This document shows positions 14,506-27,573 of a DNA stretch of 64,000 bases, one piece after another (positions within the stretch are counted from its first letter, which is position 1; each line of letters starts with the position of its first letter). A program made the position numbers and the translations under genes. The notes below the pieces were generated by a model. It did not search any database. It was not told the DNA's origin and worked only from the letters and a program-made list of their open reading frames with translations. The DNA comes from Eledone cirrhosa (lineage: Eukaryota). Location: the NCBI GenBank assembly GCA_964016885.1, contig OZ024742.1, forward strand, positions 258,292,001-258,356,000, written 5' to 3'.

Positions 14506-14659
14506 CTTATTTGTTCCTATTACCCACTCTACTACCTTAAGTATTGAGTACTTTGGTGCGTTATGGTCCATCTGGTTCCTTACCACATTTCCTTCGTTAT
14601 ATATATATATATTCTTCTTAAGAAAAAAATATGACAACTATATGTATCTGATGTTGGAT

Positions 14660-14916
14660 ATTTGCGAAGCCTCCTCTACTAAATGGTCGTGTTCATGATT
14701 GACAGCTATTTAACAATATCTTGCACATCCAATTTTGGTTGTCTTGTTACAGACCAGTTTCACGATATCATCGTTCTGACACTGATATATTTTGCAACGG
14801 GACAAATCACGCCAAATATTTCTGGGCTCTCCACACAAGAACATACATCTAATTCTATACGACTTATTCGTGATAAAATATAACTGAACCGTATATGGCC
14901 CGTTGAAAGCCATCAT
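14660..14916 (-). pseudogene. Possible CAP/SCP (CRISP-like) domain remnant
   Basis: KLVCNKTTKIGCARYC resembles the CAP motif Q.VW..T.KIGCA..C; downstream out-of-frame RPFSRG resembles PY..G. Confidence 0.33.
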
Positions 14917-15671
14917 GGACTTTGTTTATTAACAACATTAATTGCCTGATACGTTTTAAACTTTGATAGATCAAGTTAAGAAAGAGATGAAAATGTATAA
15001 CTTATCTCTAGATATTTTGTCTATATTTTTCCACGCTGAGCTAATTATACTGTTGCTAAATGTTTCCAGTTGCAATAGTTATGGAAGGTACTTTATATGT
15101 TATTTATATCTGGGGTCACTCCGTTGTTAAATCCTGTGCTTCCTATTTTCAAGTATTATCTGTACGGCCTGTTTTCAAAATCTTCATGACATTTTTATGA
15201 TTCTTTGAGAGATACATACATAGTTTACCCAGAACGCGCTTAACATCTCTGACACGACCTCTTTTTCGTACTTGATTTAGTTATAGCATCGATAATCTAG
15301 CAGCAAATAGAAAAGTGTTTCCTCTTTGCATGTCATTAGTAGAATATGTGTATAATATTATTCCGAAGCACTTTGCTTCATATATTGGAAAACTGGGGTG
15401 ATTTGAGGCTCACAACTATACAATATTTGCCAAACCCAAGAGTCTCCATACCCTACTCCAATAACTCAATATGGCATATGTATATTATTAAGCCTGCTCT
15501 TTGAAAAGTTAGATTTTTGGATATTTTATGGTGTTCATTTGATTCCTCTTTTGCTTCTTTATATTTCGTTTGAAGGAAGTTAAAATTCTTCCATGGTAGT
15601 CAACAGCCACATTCTATGATGTTTATTTAGGCACTAACTGGCACTGATTTTATCGAATAAGGTTGTATTTG

Positions 15672-15737
<66 letters not shown>

Positions 15738-15903
15738 TACCCATGAAAATGATACCTTATCGTTTGGAGATTCGCTGGATAGTCATATATAGTTTCCATT
15801 TATTTAATATCATTGAATATTTACTCCAGGAACGTATTGGGTGTTCTGAATCAGTTATAAACATTTATATTTGTCGGACTTCCAACAAATTAAATACCCC
15901 TTC

Positions 15904-16016
<113 letters not shown>

Positions 16017-16468
16017 TCCTGTGCATATCACTAAAATGCATACGGTAACGACACACCAGTTCGGGAGATCTAGGGTTCTGTGTGTTATGACGTTACTCCT
16101 TAGTCACCATTACTTCCAGGTCTGCTTTGATACGGAGTGATAACACCAGCAGGGGTCACATCTAAATATTCTTAGTTGCAACTCTTGATATTCCAAGAAC
16201 ATGATTCGACCGACAAGATTTTCAACATCGAGCAACCACGCCCAAACTAAGGTCACCACCCCAGTGCATCACAGGGACAATTTTGTGCCAGCGGCAATGA
16301 GTGCATTATATTCGTCTACAAGTTCACCTCAGTCTATTTCCTATTTCGTATTATTTATATTTACACGTTGACTTTGTTCTCACCCAGACGCTAGATTTTA
16401 TTGCCGACTACACAAATGTTAATTTAAGTCACAATAATTCTTTATTAGAAATACAGAACCAGAAAACG

Positions 16469-16500
<32 letters not shown>

Positions 16501-16618
16501 AAGAAAAACAGATTAAATCGAAAAAGCAACTGGAGTCTTATTTTTTTTTAAATATATATATTTATTTGGTTCTTTTACCGGTTTCGTTTACCGGCTCTGG
16601 TTGTTTTTTCATATATGA

Positions 16619-16934
16619 GTGTTTGAATTTCTTTTTACTTAAAAAAAGGGGCTCACGAAGGCTTTTTTTTAATAAACATAATTTCATTGGTTATAAATGA
16701 AATTATAGCTGTCACGTGAACAAGTTTTCATTAAATTTCGCGCCCTTATTTGGAAATCTATTCTGTAGCCGTTTTAGAGAATTTTATGACAAGAAAAAGG
16801 TAATGGTCAAGAGAAATGGGATGGGAGAGTTGTTCTGTTCAGTGAAAATGGTTAGTTCGCTGGGGTGTCAGAATTCAGATTTCATATTGAAATAAAGAAT
16901 GTAAAGATATATGTTTATTTGTGTGCTTGTGTGC

Positions 16935-17022
<88 letters not shown>

Positions 17023-17360
17023 CTGTTTGTGTGTGTGTGTGTGTTTGAATTTCTTTTTACTTAAAAAAAAGGGGGCTCATGAAGGCTTTTTTTTTAATAA
17101 ACGTAATTTGATTGGTTATAAATGAAATTAATGCTGTCACATGAACAAGTTTTCATTAAATTTTGCGCCCGTATTTGGAAATCTATTCTGTAGCCTTTTT
17201 AGAGAATTCTATGACAAGCAAAAGATAATGGTCAAGAGAAATGGGATGGGAGAATTGTTCTGGTTCAGTGAATATGGTTAGTTCGCTGGGGTGTTAGAAT
17301 TCAGATTTTCTATTGAAATAAAGAATGTAAAGATATATGTTTATTTGTGTGCTTGTGTGC

Positions 17361-17432
<72 letters not shown>

Positions 17433-17790
17433 CTGTTTGTGTGTGTGTGTGTGTGTGTTTGAATTTCTTTTTACTTAAAAAAAAGGGGGCTCACGAAGGC
17501 TTTTTTTTAATAAACGTAATTTGATTGGTTATAAATGAAATTAATGCTGTCACATGAACAAGTTTTCATTAAATTTTGCGCCCGTATTTGGAAATCTATT
17601 CTGTAGCCTTTTTAGAGAATTCTATGACAAGCAAAAGATAATGGTCAAGAGAAATGGGATGGGAGAATTGTTCTGGTTCAGTGAATATGGTTAGTTCGCT
17701 GGGGTGTTAGAATTCAGATTTTCTATTGAAATAAAGAGAGTAAAGATATGTATGTTTATTTGTGTGCTTGTGTGTGTGTGTGTGTGTGTG
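16619..17790. repeat. Tandem repeat, ~420-bp unit x ~2.8, each with a (GT)n tract
   Basis: Unit start GTGTTTGAATTTCTTTTTACTT recurs at ~16619, ~17041 and ~17455. Confidence 0.9.
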
Positions 17791-17980
17791 GGAGTATCTT
17801 AAGATGGAGAGAATATATATATTTTGTCTGTGTGTATATATGTGTGTAGGAAAGTGATTCTATTAGTAGAAATGGGGGAGGGAGTTGTGTGTGTGGGGGG
17901 TGGGTTGTTATGTGTGTGTATGGGTGTTATGTGTGTGTGGGAGTATGGTTAGCATGTTAACATGAAGAGAATATATATAT

Positions 17981-18009
<29 letters not shown>

Positions 18010-18019
<10 letters not shown>

Positions 18020-18268
18020 GAAAATGATTCCTTTAGTAGGAATATTTTTGAATGAACATATTTTCCTTACTTATTCGTATTTGTTCTGTTGTATTGAAAG
18101 ACACACACACACACATAACACCTGCTACTTTAGAAAATAAAAACCCGAACTAAATAAACCTTAACATACGTTTGCGCTGACAATACAACAGAACAAATAC
18201 TAATAAGTAAGGAAAATATGTTCATTCAAAAATATTCCTACAAAAGGAATCATTTTGCTACACACACC
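18010..18268. repeat. Inverted repeat, ~85-bp arms
   Basis: 18016-18098 is the reverse complement of 18181-18262 with a few mismatches. Confidence 0.85.
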
Positions 18269-18946
18269 TGTGCACTAAACGTTTAGAACAGCACATCCCA
18301 GACACGGTGCCATGCCCCATGGCGACAGTGGCGGGCGTCATATTGAATGTGTACACCGTCAATCGTGAATCTCTACTCTACACCTACTCCACTTTGGAAA
18401 AGTGATTGTTAAAATTGTTATATCATTGTTTTGTTACTGTTACCTGTTGTATACACGGACACGAGCCTGCATCTCATAATGTATGTGTGTAATACGTCAC
18501 ATGGACGCACGCAACTTCTCATATACCCCCCCCCCCCGTTGTTTGCGTATTTTTCTATTTTTCTTTTTAATTTTACCCGTTCCTTTATTTTACCCCTTCT
18601 TTTCCTGTACCTATTTATGCAGTTACATACAGATTTAATGTACCCTAAAATATTGTAAATTTATTTACGTATTTTATTTTATTTGCATATTATGTTTATG
18701 TTCATGAGTTTTTTTATGCGTGGACACATGTGTGAGGGTATATGTGCGTAGACGCGTATGTATGTGTATATATATATGTGCGTGGGTGTTGGGGTGTGTG
18801 TATGGGCATGGGTGCGTGGGAGCACGAGCTTATGCGCGCCTGTATGTGCAGACATGTGCATATATATACATATGTGGCAGAATGTGCGTGTATGTGTGTG
18901 TGGTTTGTGGGGGGGGGGGTGTATAGTGTGTCTATATATGAGCATA

Positions 18947-18979
<33 letters not shown>

Positions 18980-19403
18980 CTATGTCTATATGTGTATGAG
19001 TGAGTAAGTACGTATAGCCACATATGAGTAGGTGTGTGTGTGTGCGGGCGGTTAAGTGTGTGTATATATGCGTGGATGTGTATGGGTGTATATATGTGGA
19101 TGTGTGTGTGGGTGCAGGAGCATGCATTTACGGGCCTCTATATGTATGTATATGTATTTGTGCATACAAATATGTGTTTATGTGCATCTCTTGCGAATGT
19201 GTGCGGATGTTTATATATGGACTTTATATGTTTTTTTCATTATTATTATTATTCATGTTGTATTATTTTATCACATACCCTCTATACATACCCGTATATA
19301 TGCGTATATGTACGTATGAGTCTGTGTACGTGTGCGTCTGTGTATGTGTGTGTGTACATATATACGTAGGTGCGTGTGTGTCTGCGTATGTGTGTATAAT
19401 AGG

Positions 19404-19445
<42 letters not shown>

Positions 19446-20047
19446 TTATTGATATTTTTTATCTGTTTGGCCCGAATCTTCCTTTATCGATTTTAAATCG
19501 TATGGTTGATTGTAGACTTGTTCTATATGTGACGGTATTTTAACGATAGTTATAGCTCTGATTCATCTGAATTATTGAGCCCTCTGCCGCTCATATCGAA
19601 TTTCGTTTATCGTGAACTCGTGCGCCGATTTTTCGATACTCGATCTTTCTAATATATATATATATATATACATATATATGTATGTGTGTATGTATATATA
19701 TACCACATTGTATATAATATATGTCCTTGTATATTTTTCTTATGTTATTACACTGCTTTATGTTATTATACAGTTTTATGTTATTATACTGTTTTGTGTT
19801 ATACTGTTTTTTATTACATAATGTATTTTCAACTGTTCACTTACAGGTGTGTTTATATATGTACATGTACATGTGGTGGCACTTCTGTGTGTGTAGGCAG
19901 ATGTGCATGCGTGCAGGTGTATCCATGCGGCAGCATGTATGCGTACGCATGTGTAGATGATGTATGTATATCGGCCTATGGGTGGGTATGTGTATGTATA
20001 TGTGTGGTTGTGCGTATGCATGTTAAGTTGTCCTTTTTTTGCGTGTA

Positions 20048-20113
<66 letters not shown>

Positions 20114-20449
20114 GGGGGGTGTAGGTACGTGTGTAGGCAATGTTTATGTACGTATGTATTCGTATGTGTGTGCGCACATGTGTGAGTTTACGTTTGTGTA
20201 TATATGTGTGTGTACGTATGTATATGTGTGTATATATATATGTGTATATATATACATGTAGTTATCTAATGAACAACATAAGATAACTATTTCGTTTACC
20301 AGTGGTTTCTTGAAAGCAGACGATATTTGCTTTCATTCATAAGAATGAAAATATCCTAAGTGTGTATATATATGTGTGTATACGCAGGTGTGTATATATG
20401 TATATATGTGAATGTATGTGTGTATATGTATATATGCGAATGTATGAGC

Positions 20450-20494
<45 letters not shown>

Positions 20495-20963
20495 TATATA
20501 TATATATATATATATAGATATTTAAATGTATAGAAGGTTGGCCGTATGTGTGTGTGCGCGCATGTGGATGTATATATGTGTACATTTGAATAGGACATGC
20601 CTACCCAATTGATACAGAACAGTCAGAAGGCTCGTGGCGGCATGTATCAACAAGTGTGTGTGACTAGGTCTATGGGAGTGAGGGAGAGAGGGAGATAGGG
20701 TGTGTGAGTATATATACTGCGATGTATGTATGTGGCTGTGTGGGTGTCTGTGCATGTAGACGTACGAGTGTATTTGCATAGATAGGTATGTGTCTGAATA
20801 TGTGTGTTATTATGTGTTTATTCTAGTATGTGTGTGTGCTTACCTCGAAGTGTGAGCAGACGTATGAAGTACTGAATCCAGCATGACTCCATTGAAATGT
20901 GTCGGACGGAAAATTGTTGATGAACCGTGTGGCAGCAGATACTGACCAGAACATGTGATGATG

Positions 20964-21434
<471 letters not shown>

Positions 21435-21784
21435 GCACGTACTTAAATGTATATTGTTTCAAATGTATATATATATATATATATAATACATATATTCATA
21501 TATATAAGTGCATATATACGTAAATTCATATATATGTGTGTATATAGGTGTGATAAAAGACTTGTGCAGATGGATATCGGAGTAAATTGATCACCTTAGG
21601 TGATTCTAGGCGTTCACATGCAATCGATCACTATTACAACAAAGGCAGCAATGCAGCATTGCATCACGTGATTTGTTGAAAGCACTTGCCGTAATCTACA
21701 CAGAAACAAATAAATATAGTCTATTTTCAGATTTACGTCATAAGGGAGAAATCGCAGTATCATATATATGTAAATATGCATATG

Positions 21785-22072
<288 letters not shown>

Positions 22073-22199
22073 CGAGTAATTGTCTAACTGCCTTTTACTG
22101 CATCCATTTGCATTTATATATATATAGTGTCTGTGTGTGTGCATGTGTATTTATGTATATATGATGATAAGGCAAATGGGCACCCCGTCCACCCTGTCA

Positions 22200-22440
22200 G
22201 GTCACAGTACCCAGGTAAAATTCCTGAGATCCATGGACGAGTTCTCTCCAGCAACTCTGTCTCTCCTCATCGCTGCGTCTCCAAGGGACATGTATCTGTC
22301 CTCAGTACAGAAACATATGTCAACCCTTCGTCTTCCTCTTCTAATTTGTCCGTGCAGAGTCTTCCACAGGAGCACTGAGTGCAGTGTAAACTCTGAATGT
22401 CGCTGAGCATATCCAGCTAACCTCAGTCTCCTAAGTCTTT
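22200..22440 (-). mobile_element. LINE (RTE-like) 3' fragment
   Basis: Minus strand reads RRLRLAGY..RH...LWK..HG...GR..TY, a typical non-LTR RT C-terminal motif. Confidence 0.55.
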
Positions 22441-23329
22441 ATTCCTAGCTGAATTTCCTACGCTTAACGAATTTGATCGCAATTCCTAGCACAAACCCCT
22501 AATATATTGAAGAAACTGAATAGAGTAGCAATATTGTATTATGCTGGTTCAGGAGTATCCTTCAGGAGTATCCTTAAGCTCATAACACACCATTCAAAAA
22601 ATAACTGGTTCATATAGTCGAACAGATTTGTGAAAATATGATGTTATTACAGTGAAATTGTTTTCAATTAAATAAATTATATTAGATAATGGAAACAATG
22701 TCTTACCGATGAGAAGTGACTGTCCGTCTTTCCGTCTTTTTTTTTTGTTTGTTTTTGTTTTTTTCGCATTGCCTTTGTCCTACGTGACATCTTTTGGATT
22801 CATTTTCAAAAGTCTTAGCCTCGCGGGGCTTTTATTTTTTGTACTAAACAGTCAATACATATTGCATAGCCAGATCAGTCTTCCTCTATTTCCGCTTCTT
22901 ACCTTTTCTATGACACCGTTATATTTTTCTTTGTCTGTACGTTGAACTCTAATCCATATATATTTTCTGTGTTTCTATATCTTTCTTTTGTACCACGTAA
23001 CATTCCTATTCCTCTCTTCATTTTCAGTACACATAATTTCTTGTCCTTCATCTATGTGCCTCATCCACCAAAATGAATAAATCGTCATCTGTCTAACTGC
23101 ATGATTGCGTCCTAATGTTGACTAAAATGATGTGCTGAAATAATACTGGTTTCCAGATGCTGACTGGTAAGAATAAAGTACCCATGTCTCCATATTTTCC
23201 GTTGTACTGGTCGGTGAGGCCTCGTATATATATATATCGACAGTCGATCGACTTTCGTCAAAACGGACCGAGGAAACAATGTTTCCATTGGTCATTCCAA
23301 TTGCAAATACTATTTATCGGTCGCAACTC

Positions 23330-23440
23330 CAGGTAGAAGGAGTAACGTGAAATAAAGTATCATGTTCAAGGACATAACATCGCCTGGTTAGGAATCGAAC
23401 TCACAACCTCACGATTGCAAATCCAATTCTCTTACCACTC
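23330..23440 (-). mobile_element. tRNA-derived SINE fragment
   Basis: Reverse complement contains A/B-box-like AGTGGTAAGAG...GTGAGTTCGATTCC followed by TGTCCTTGAACATGATACTTTA. Confidence 0.6.
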
Positions 23441-23982
23441 ATGTAAATACATATATATATATATGAATGTATGTGTGTGTGTGCGTTTCAGTGTGTATGT
23501 ATGTGTGTGTGTGTGTGTTTAATCAAAACATGGAACGGAATGTTAAATCAAATTAAAATTAAAGGAAAATCTTTAAATATCTTATTTCTATATTTTCTAA
23601 TAAATACATTGCCTGTTTATCAACAATATGTACACAATATTTCTCCATAGAATCCACAGCAGTTCTCGCTCTCCTCTTTCTCTTTACACTCTCAATCTAT
23701 CCCTTTCACTCTCTATCACTTCAATTCAACCATTCTCAATCCGAATACCACTGCCCTCACCACTAATTGATTTGACACGTGTCAATACTCCACTGATACT
23801 TAATATTTCTGGCCAGAGCCTGAAAATTATCAGTCGCTCAAAGAGCACTTGTGTTTACTTAGAAAAAATAAACGGTGAAATGGGCAGTCGTATGTATGTT
23901 TAATTGTATGAATGTTCTCACGTCCAGCAGTTGCGAGCGGTGCGCTGGACTGTACTGATGTCTCGATAAAAGCACTGGATAT

Positions 23983-24025
23983 GTAGTCCTGATGATTTCT
24001 AACAAGAATGAAACGCGTAGATTAC
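23983..24025 (+). ncRNA. Type I hammerhead ribozyme (minimal, palindromic stem III)
   Basis: gtagtc-CTGATGA-tttctaacaagaat-GAAA-cgcg-TA-gattac. Confidence 0.85.
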
Positions 24026-24292
24026 TTCCCTTGCTTTTATCGAGAATCTAATTGTAATACGTGACGTATTCTATTCTATAGCGATTAGGTCTTCAAAATG
24101 TTTATTATAAACATACAGAATATTTTCGAATATTCTATGTCTATATTCACATATATATCGCTATTTCAGAGCATTTATTCCAATTTCTAATTTCTGCCGG
24201 ACCGGCAACCGCTCTTTCAAACCAGTTCCTGTACACAGCTAAGTATTCTATAAGTCTCTAGCTGTGTCATTCTCGATAAAAGCACTGGATAT

Positions 24293-24335
24293 GTAGTCCT
24301 GATGATTTCTAACAAGAATGAAACGCGTAGATTAC
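24293..24335 (+). ncRNA. Type I hammerhead ribozyme, second copy
   Basis: Identical to 23983-24025, 310 nt downstream. Confidence 0.85.
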
Positions 24336-24469
24336 TTCCCTTGCTTTTATCGAGAATCTAATTGTAATACGTGACGTATTCTATTCTATAGCGATTAGGT
24401 CTTCAAAATGTTTATTATAAACATACAGAATATTTTCGAATATTCTATGTCTATATTCACATATATATG

Positions 24470-24568
<99 letters not shown>

Positions 24569-24695
24569 GTATATATGTGTGTCTGTGTGTGTGTGTGTCT
24601 ATATATGTCCACCCAGGGAATGTAAATTCACCCAAGTGACCACTCGATGTATAGGTTCACGTCAGTGGTGAGGTGTAGAGCTAGACAGCGTATAA

Positions 24696-25777
24696 TCTAT
24701 ATATATAAAACTGTGGTTGTCTGTCTGTCTATCGATTTTTGGCACACATCTCCTCTTAGAATCTCTCACGGAATTGCACCGAAATTGCTATACTTGTACA
24801 TTGAGCCCTAGCGAAGACATCGGAAAAAAAATATTTCAAATTGACCCGCCCTATCTGACGAAATCGAATATAATGTATCGATTTTTGAGCGTAAGTGATC
24901 AGTTATTTCCCTTTGTTCTGTTTACATTGAGCGTCTGCGTGCAAAAATTAAAAAAATTACGCTGGCTTTCTCAGCGTTTAAAATGACATTAACACACTGC
25001 AAAATTCATCAGTTCGAACACCAAGCTTCCGTTTTGCTTCATTTCCATTTAAAAGCCTTTTAAAACAATATTTTTACTTGAAAACAAGTCTATTTAAAGA
25101 CTACGTAAAACGAGGCAAATATTTCGTAAAAAAAAGCAAAAATTATATAAGTTTATTTAAAATATATGTATCTGTAAATTTCGTTAGGCGTGCAGACAGA
25201 CTTTAAGCCAAAAAAGAAACTTAACATTGTAACTTTAACACAGCTACTGAGCGACCCCGAGCAACGCCGGGCTGTATCTGTAAATTTTGTTAGGCGTGCA
25301 GACAGACAGTCGTGCAGACAGATAGTCGTGCAGAGAGGTGATATACGCGTGCAGACAGACAGTCGTGCAGAGAGGTGATATACGCGTGCAGACAGACAGT
25401 CGTGCAGAGAGGTGATATAGGCGTGCAGACATACAGTCGTGCAGAGAGGTGATATAGGCGTGCAGACAGACATAACTGATAATTTGGTTACGCTAATGTT
25501 TTTCTCTGCGTTGCAGTGTTTACATTTTCGATCTTTGTTAATAAATAACCAGTGCAGTTTTTATCCCCAGCATCCTCTTTTGTTATAACATTCGGGTTAT
25601 CGTTATGTTTTCTTAACTTCATAAGGCATATTGTTGGTTGAGGGAATATTAATCAAAAACACCACATGCAAGTCTGCACAGTAGACATTACAGTTTTTAA
25701 GCCAAAAAAGAAACTTAACATTGTAACTTTAACACAGCTACTGAGCGACCTCGAGCAACGCCGGGCTTTACTGCTAG
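24696..25777 (+). mobile_element. Non-autonomous Helitron-like element with internal 37-bp tandem repeat
   Basis: A|TCTATATATATAAAAC start; 3' hairpin CTCGAGCAACGCCGGG then CTAG|T; 37-bp repeats at ~25295-25470; internal duplicate of the 3' end at 25200-25272. Confidence 0.75.
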
Positions 25778-25778
25778 T

Positions 25779-26096
25779 ATAATGATATAATAATACAAGG
25801 ACGATTTTTTAAGCATTCATTTCGTTTACTGATTGGTAACTAGCGTTTCGCTGTTGATCAGTTCAAGGTTTGATCTGTATCATTCTGGCACGACTCAGGA
25901 TCGAACCTTGAGCTGATCAATAGCGAAGTGCACATCACAAATCAATAAACGTAATGAAGGCTAAACAAATCGTCCTTATGTTATTATATCATATATATAT
26001 ATGCCTACTACCTTATTGAGTGCTTTGCTGCTCATTCCTAATCGTAGGTCGTTAGCTTGGCCACAGCAAAAGCTTCGATTTTACTAAGCTTCCACT

Positions 26097-26099
<3 letters not shown>
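25779..26099 (+). mobile_element. Fold-back element + tail, family D
   Basis: ~100-bp imperfect arms (25779-25876 / 25898-25992), then tail CCTACTACCTTATTGAGTGC..., ending in (TA)n. Confidence 0.7.
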
Positions 26100-26157
<58 letters not shown>

Positions 26158-26162
<5 letters not shown>

Positions 26163-26737
26163 AGAAAAAAAATCAATGTTGCGACGAAAGGAATTTATTG
26201 GTCATATTACAATTGTTTCTCGGGCGACCAGCTCGAGGCCCGATCGATGTGGTGAACAAACCTGACTCTGAAATAGCGCGGCCTTCGGATACGTCTCGAT
26301 TCTACGAAGCAGATTTTCCTATTGTCCTTTAGCATCGAATTCTTTCGTTTGTTGATTTAGATCCTGTTGTTGTCATTCCATGAGTGGGCAATCATGAGTG
26401 TCTAGAAATACCGTTGACGTGTACAATTCTTGATCACTCATGGAATGACAACGACAGGATCTAAATCAACAAACCAAGGAATTCGATGCTAAAGGACAAT
26501 AGGATAATCTGGTTCGTAGAATCGAGACGTAATCGCGGACCGCGCGATTTCAGTATCAGGTTTGATCACCACATAGATCGTGTCTCAAGCTGGTCGCCCG
26601 AGAAACATTGTAATATATCCAATAAATTCCTTTCGTCGCAACACTGATTCTCTTTTTTCTGTGATATCATACTTTGCTCTACGAGGGCATCGAGTGCCTA
26701 TACGATCTACGGCATACGGACGCTTTAAGCACCAATT
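26158..26737 (+). mobile_element. Fold-back element + tail, family C (degenerate HHR)
   Basis: ~230-bp arms (26158-26386 / 26435-26666), tail 26667-26737; GAAA-caattg-TA HHR half; (TA)n on both sides. Confidence 0.82.
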
Positions 26738-26752
26738 ATATATATATATATA

Positions 26753-26939
26753 TAGGAACGAGTAGGACTCCGATGGCTGAGCTCAAGCCGTTTCGACGGC
26801 TAATTCTGGAATTAGCCGTCGAAACGGCTTGAGCTCAGCCGTCGGGGTCCTACTCGTTCCTATTACCCACTCTACTACCCTAAGTATTGAGTACTTTGGT
26901 GCGTTATGGTCCATCTGGTTCCTTACCACATTTCCTTCG

Positions 26940-26941
<2 letters not shown>
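26753..26941 (+). mobile_element. Mini fold-back, family A (~53-bp arms + tail)
   Basis: Termini and tail match those of 10120-14598. Confidence 0.9.
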
Positions 26942-27000
<59 letters not shown>

Positions 27001-27273
27001 TTCTTTATAATTATCTCCAAATTATTTTGTCGAGCAAAAATTGGCCAAAACTGCTACTATAGTAACGATCCGGCTTTGTAACAAACCACTCTTCACTGAT
27101 TGACCTCGATGTCACGTGACTGATTCTTTTGAATTTGCCACCGACGCAGTAGGCAGTGATTTTTTCAATGGCTTGGAATTTTGTCCACGCTTTGCTTTTT
27201 TTCCATCCACTGAATTATTTTTGTATAAGTTCCCTGTGTCCACGTATTGCCTGGAAACTTAGCTGAGAATAGA

Positions 27274-27354
27274 CTTCCCTGAAGACGAAAGGCTTCTCCG
27301 TACGTTTCTTCGGAAACTATGTTTATTCCCTTTCAGAAACTAATTAGTTGGAGT
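27274..27354 (+). ncRNA. Type I hammerhead ribozyme in a PLE 3' remnant (~26997-27485)
   Basis: cttcc-CTGAAGA-cgaaagg..cctttca-GAAA-ctaattag-TT-ggag. Confidence 0.7.
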
Positions 27355-27523
27355 GAAATTTTAGTAAGTAAGTTAATTTTATAATTTTCTTATTTTACGT
27401 CTCTCATATTATTGTTCTGCATCCTCATGCATTGAACCACAAAGTTACTAAGACAAAACCTATATATTTGCCAGCATAAGTATGCATCTGTGTATATATA
27501 TGTTACTAGATATATGAATTCTT

Positions 27524-27568
<45 letters not shown>

Positions 27569-27573
<5 letters not shown>

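Larger units (their letters stand above)
10120..14598 (-). mobile_element. Near full-length Penelope-like element (Naiad-like), family A, with ~900-bp inverted ends and an asymmetric tail
   Basis: 10120-~10997 is the inverted copy of ~13605-14519; extra tail 14520-14598 on one side only; RT-GIY-YIG ORF inside; (TA)n on both flanks. Confidence 0.92.
23961..24465 (+). mobile_element. Partial tandem 310-bp HHR repeat (retrozyme-like, family G relative)
   Basis: 23961-24156 recurs essentially identically from 24271. Confidence 0.85.

Noticed and set aside
25295-25470. 37-bp repeats as a CRISPR-like array
   Set aside because: They are contiguous tandem copies without unique spacers, inside a Helitron-like element in eukaryotic DNA.
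26158-26737. Fold-back elements as classical MITEs or miRNA precursors
   Set aside because: Asymmetric tails, variable inner junctions, HHR remnants and shared ends with coding PLEs (families A and K) point to a PLE origin.
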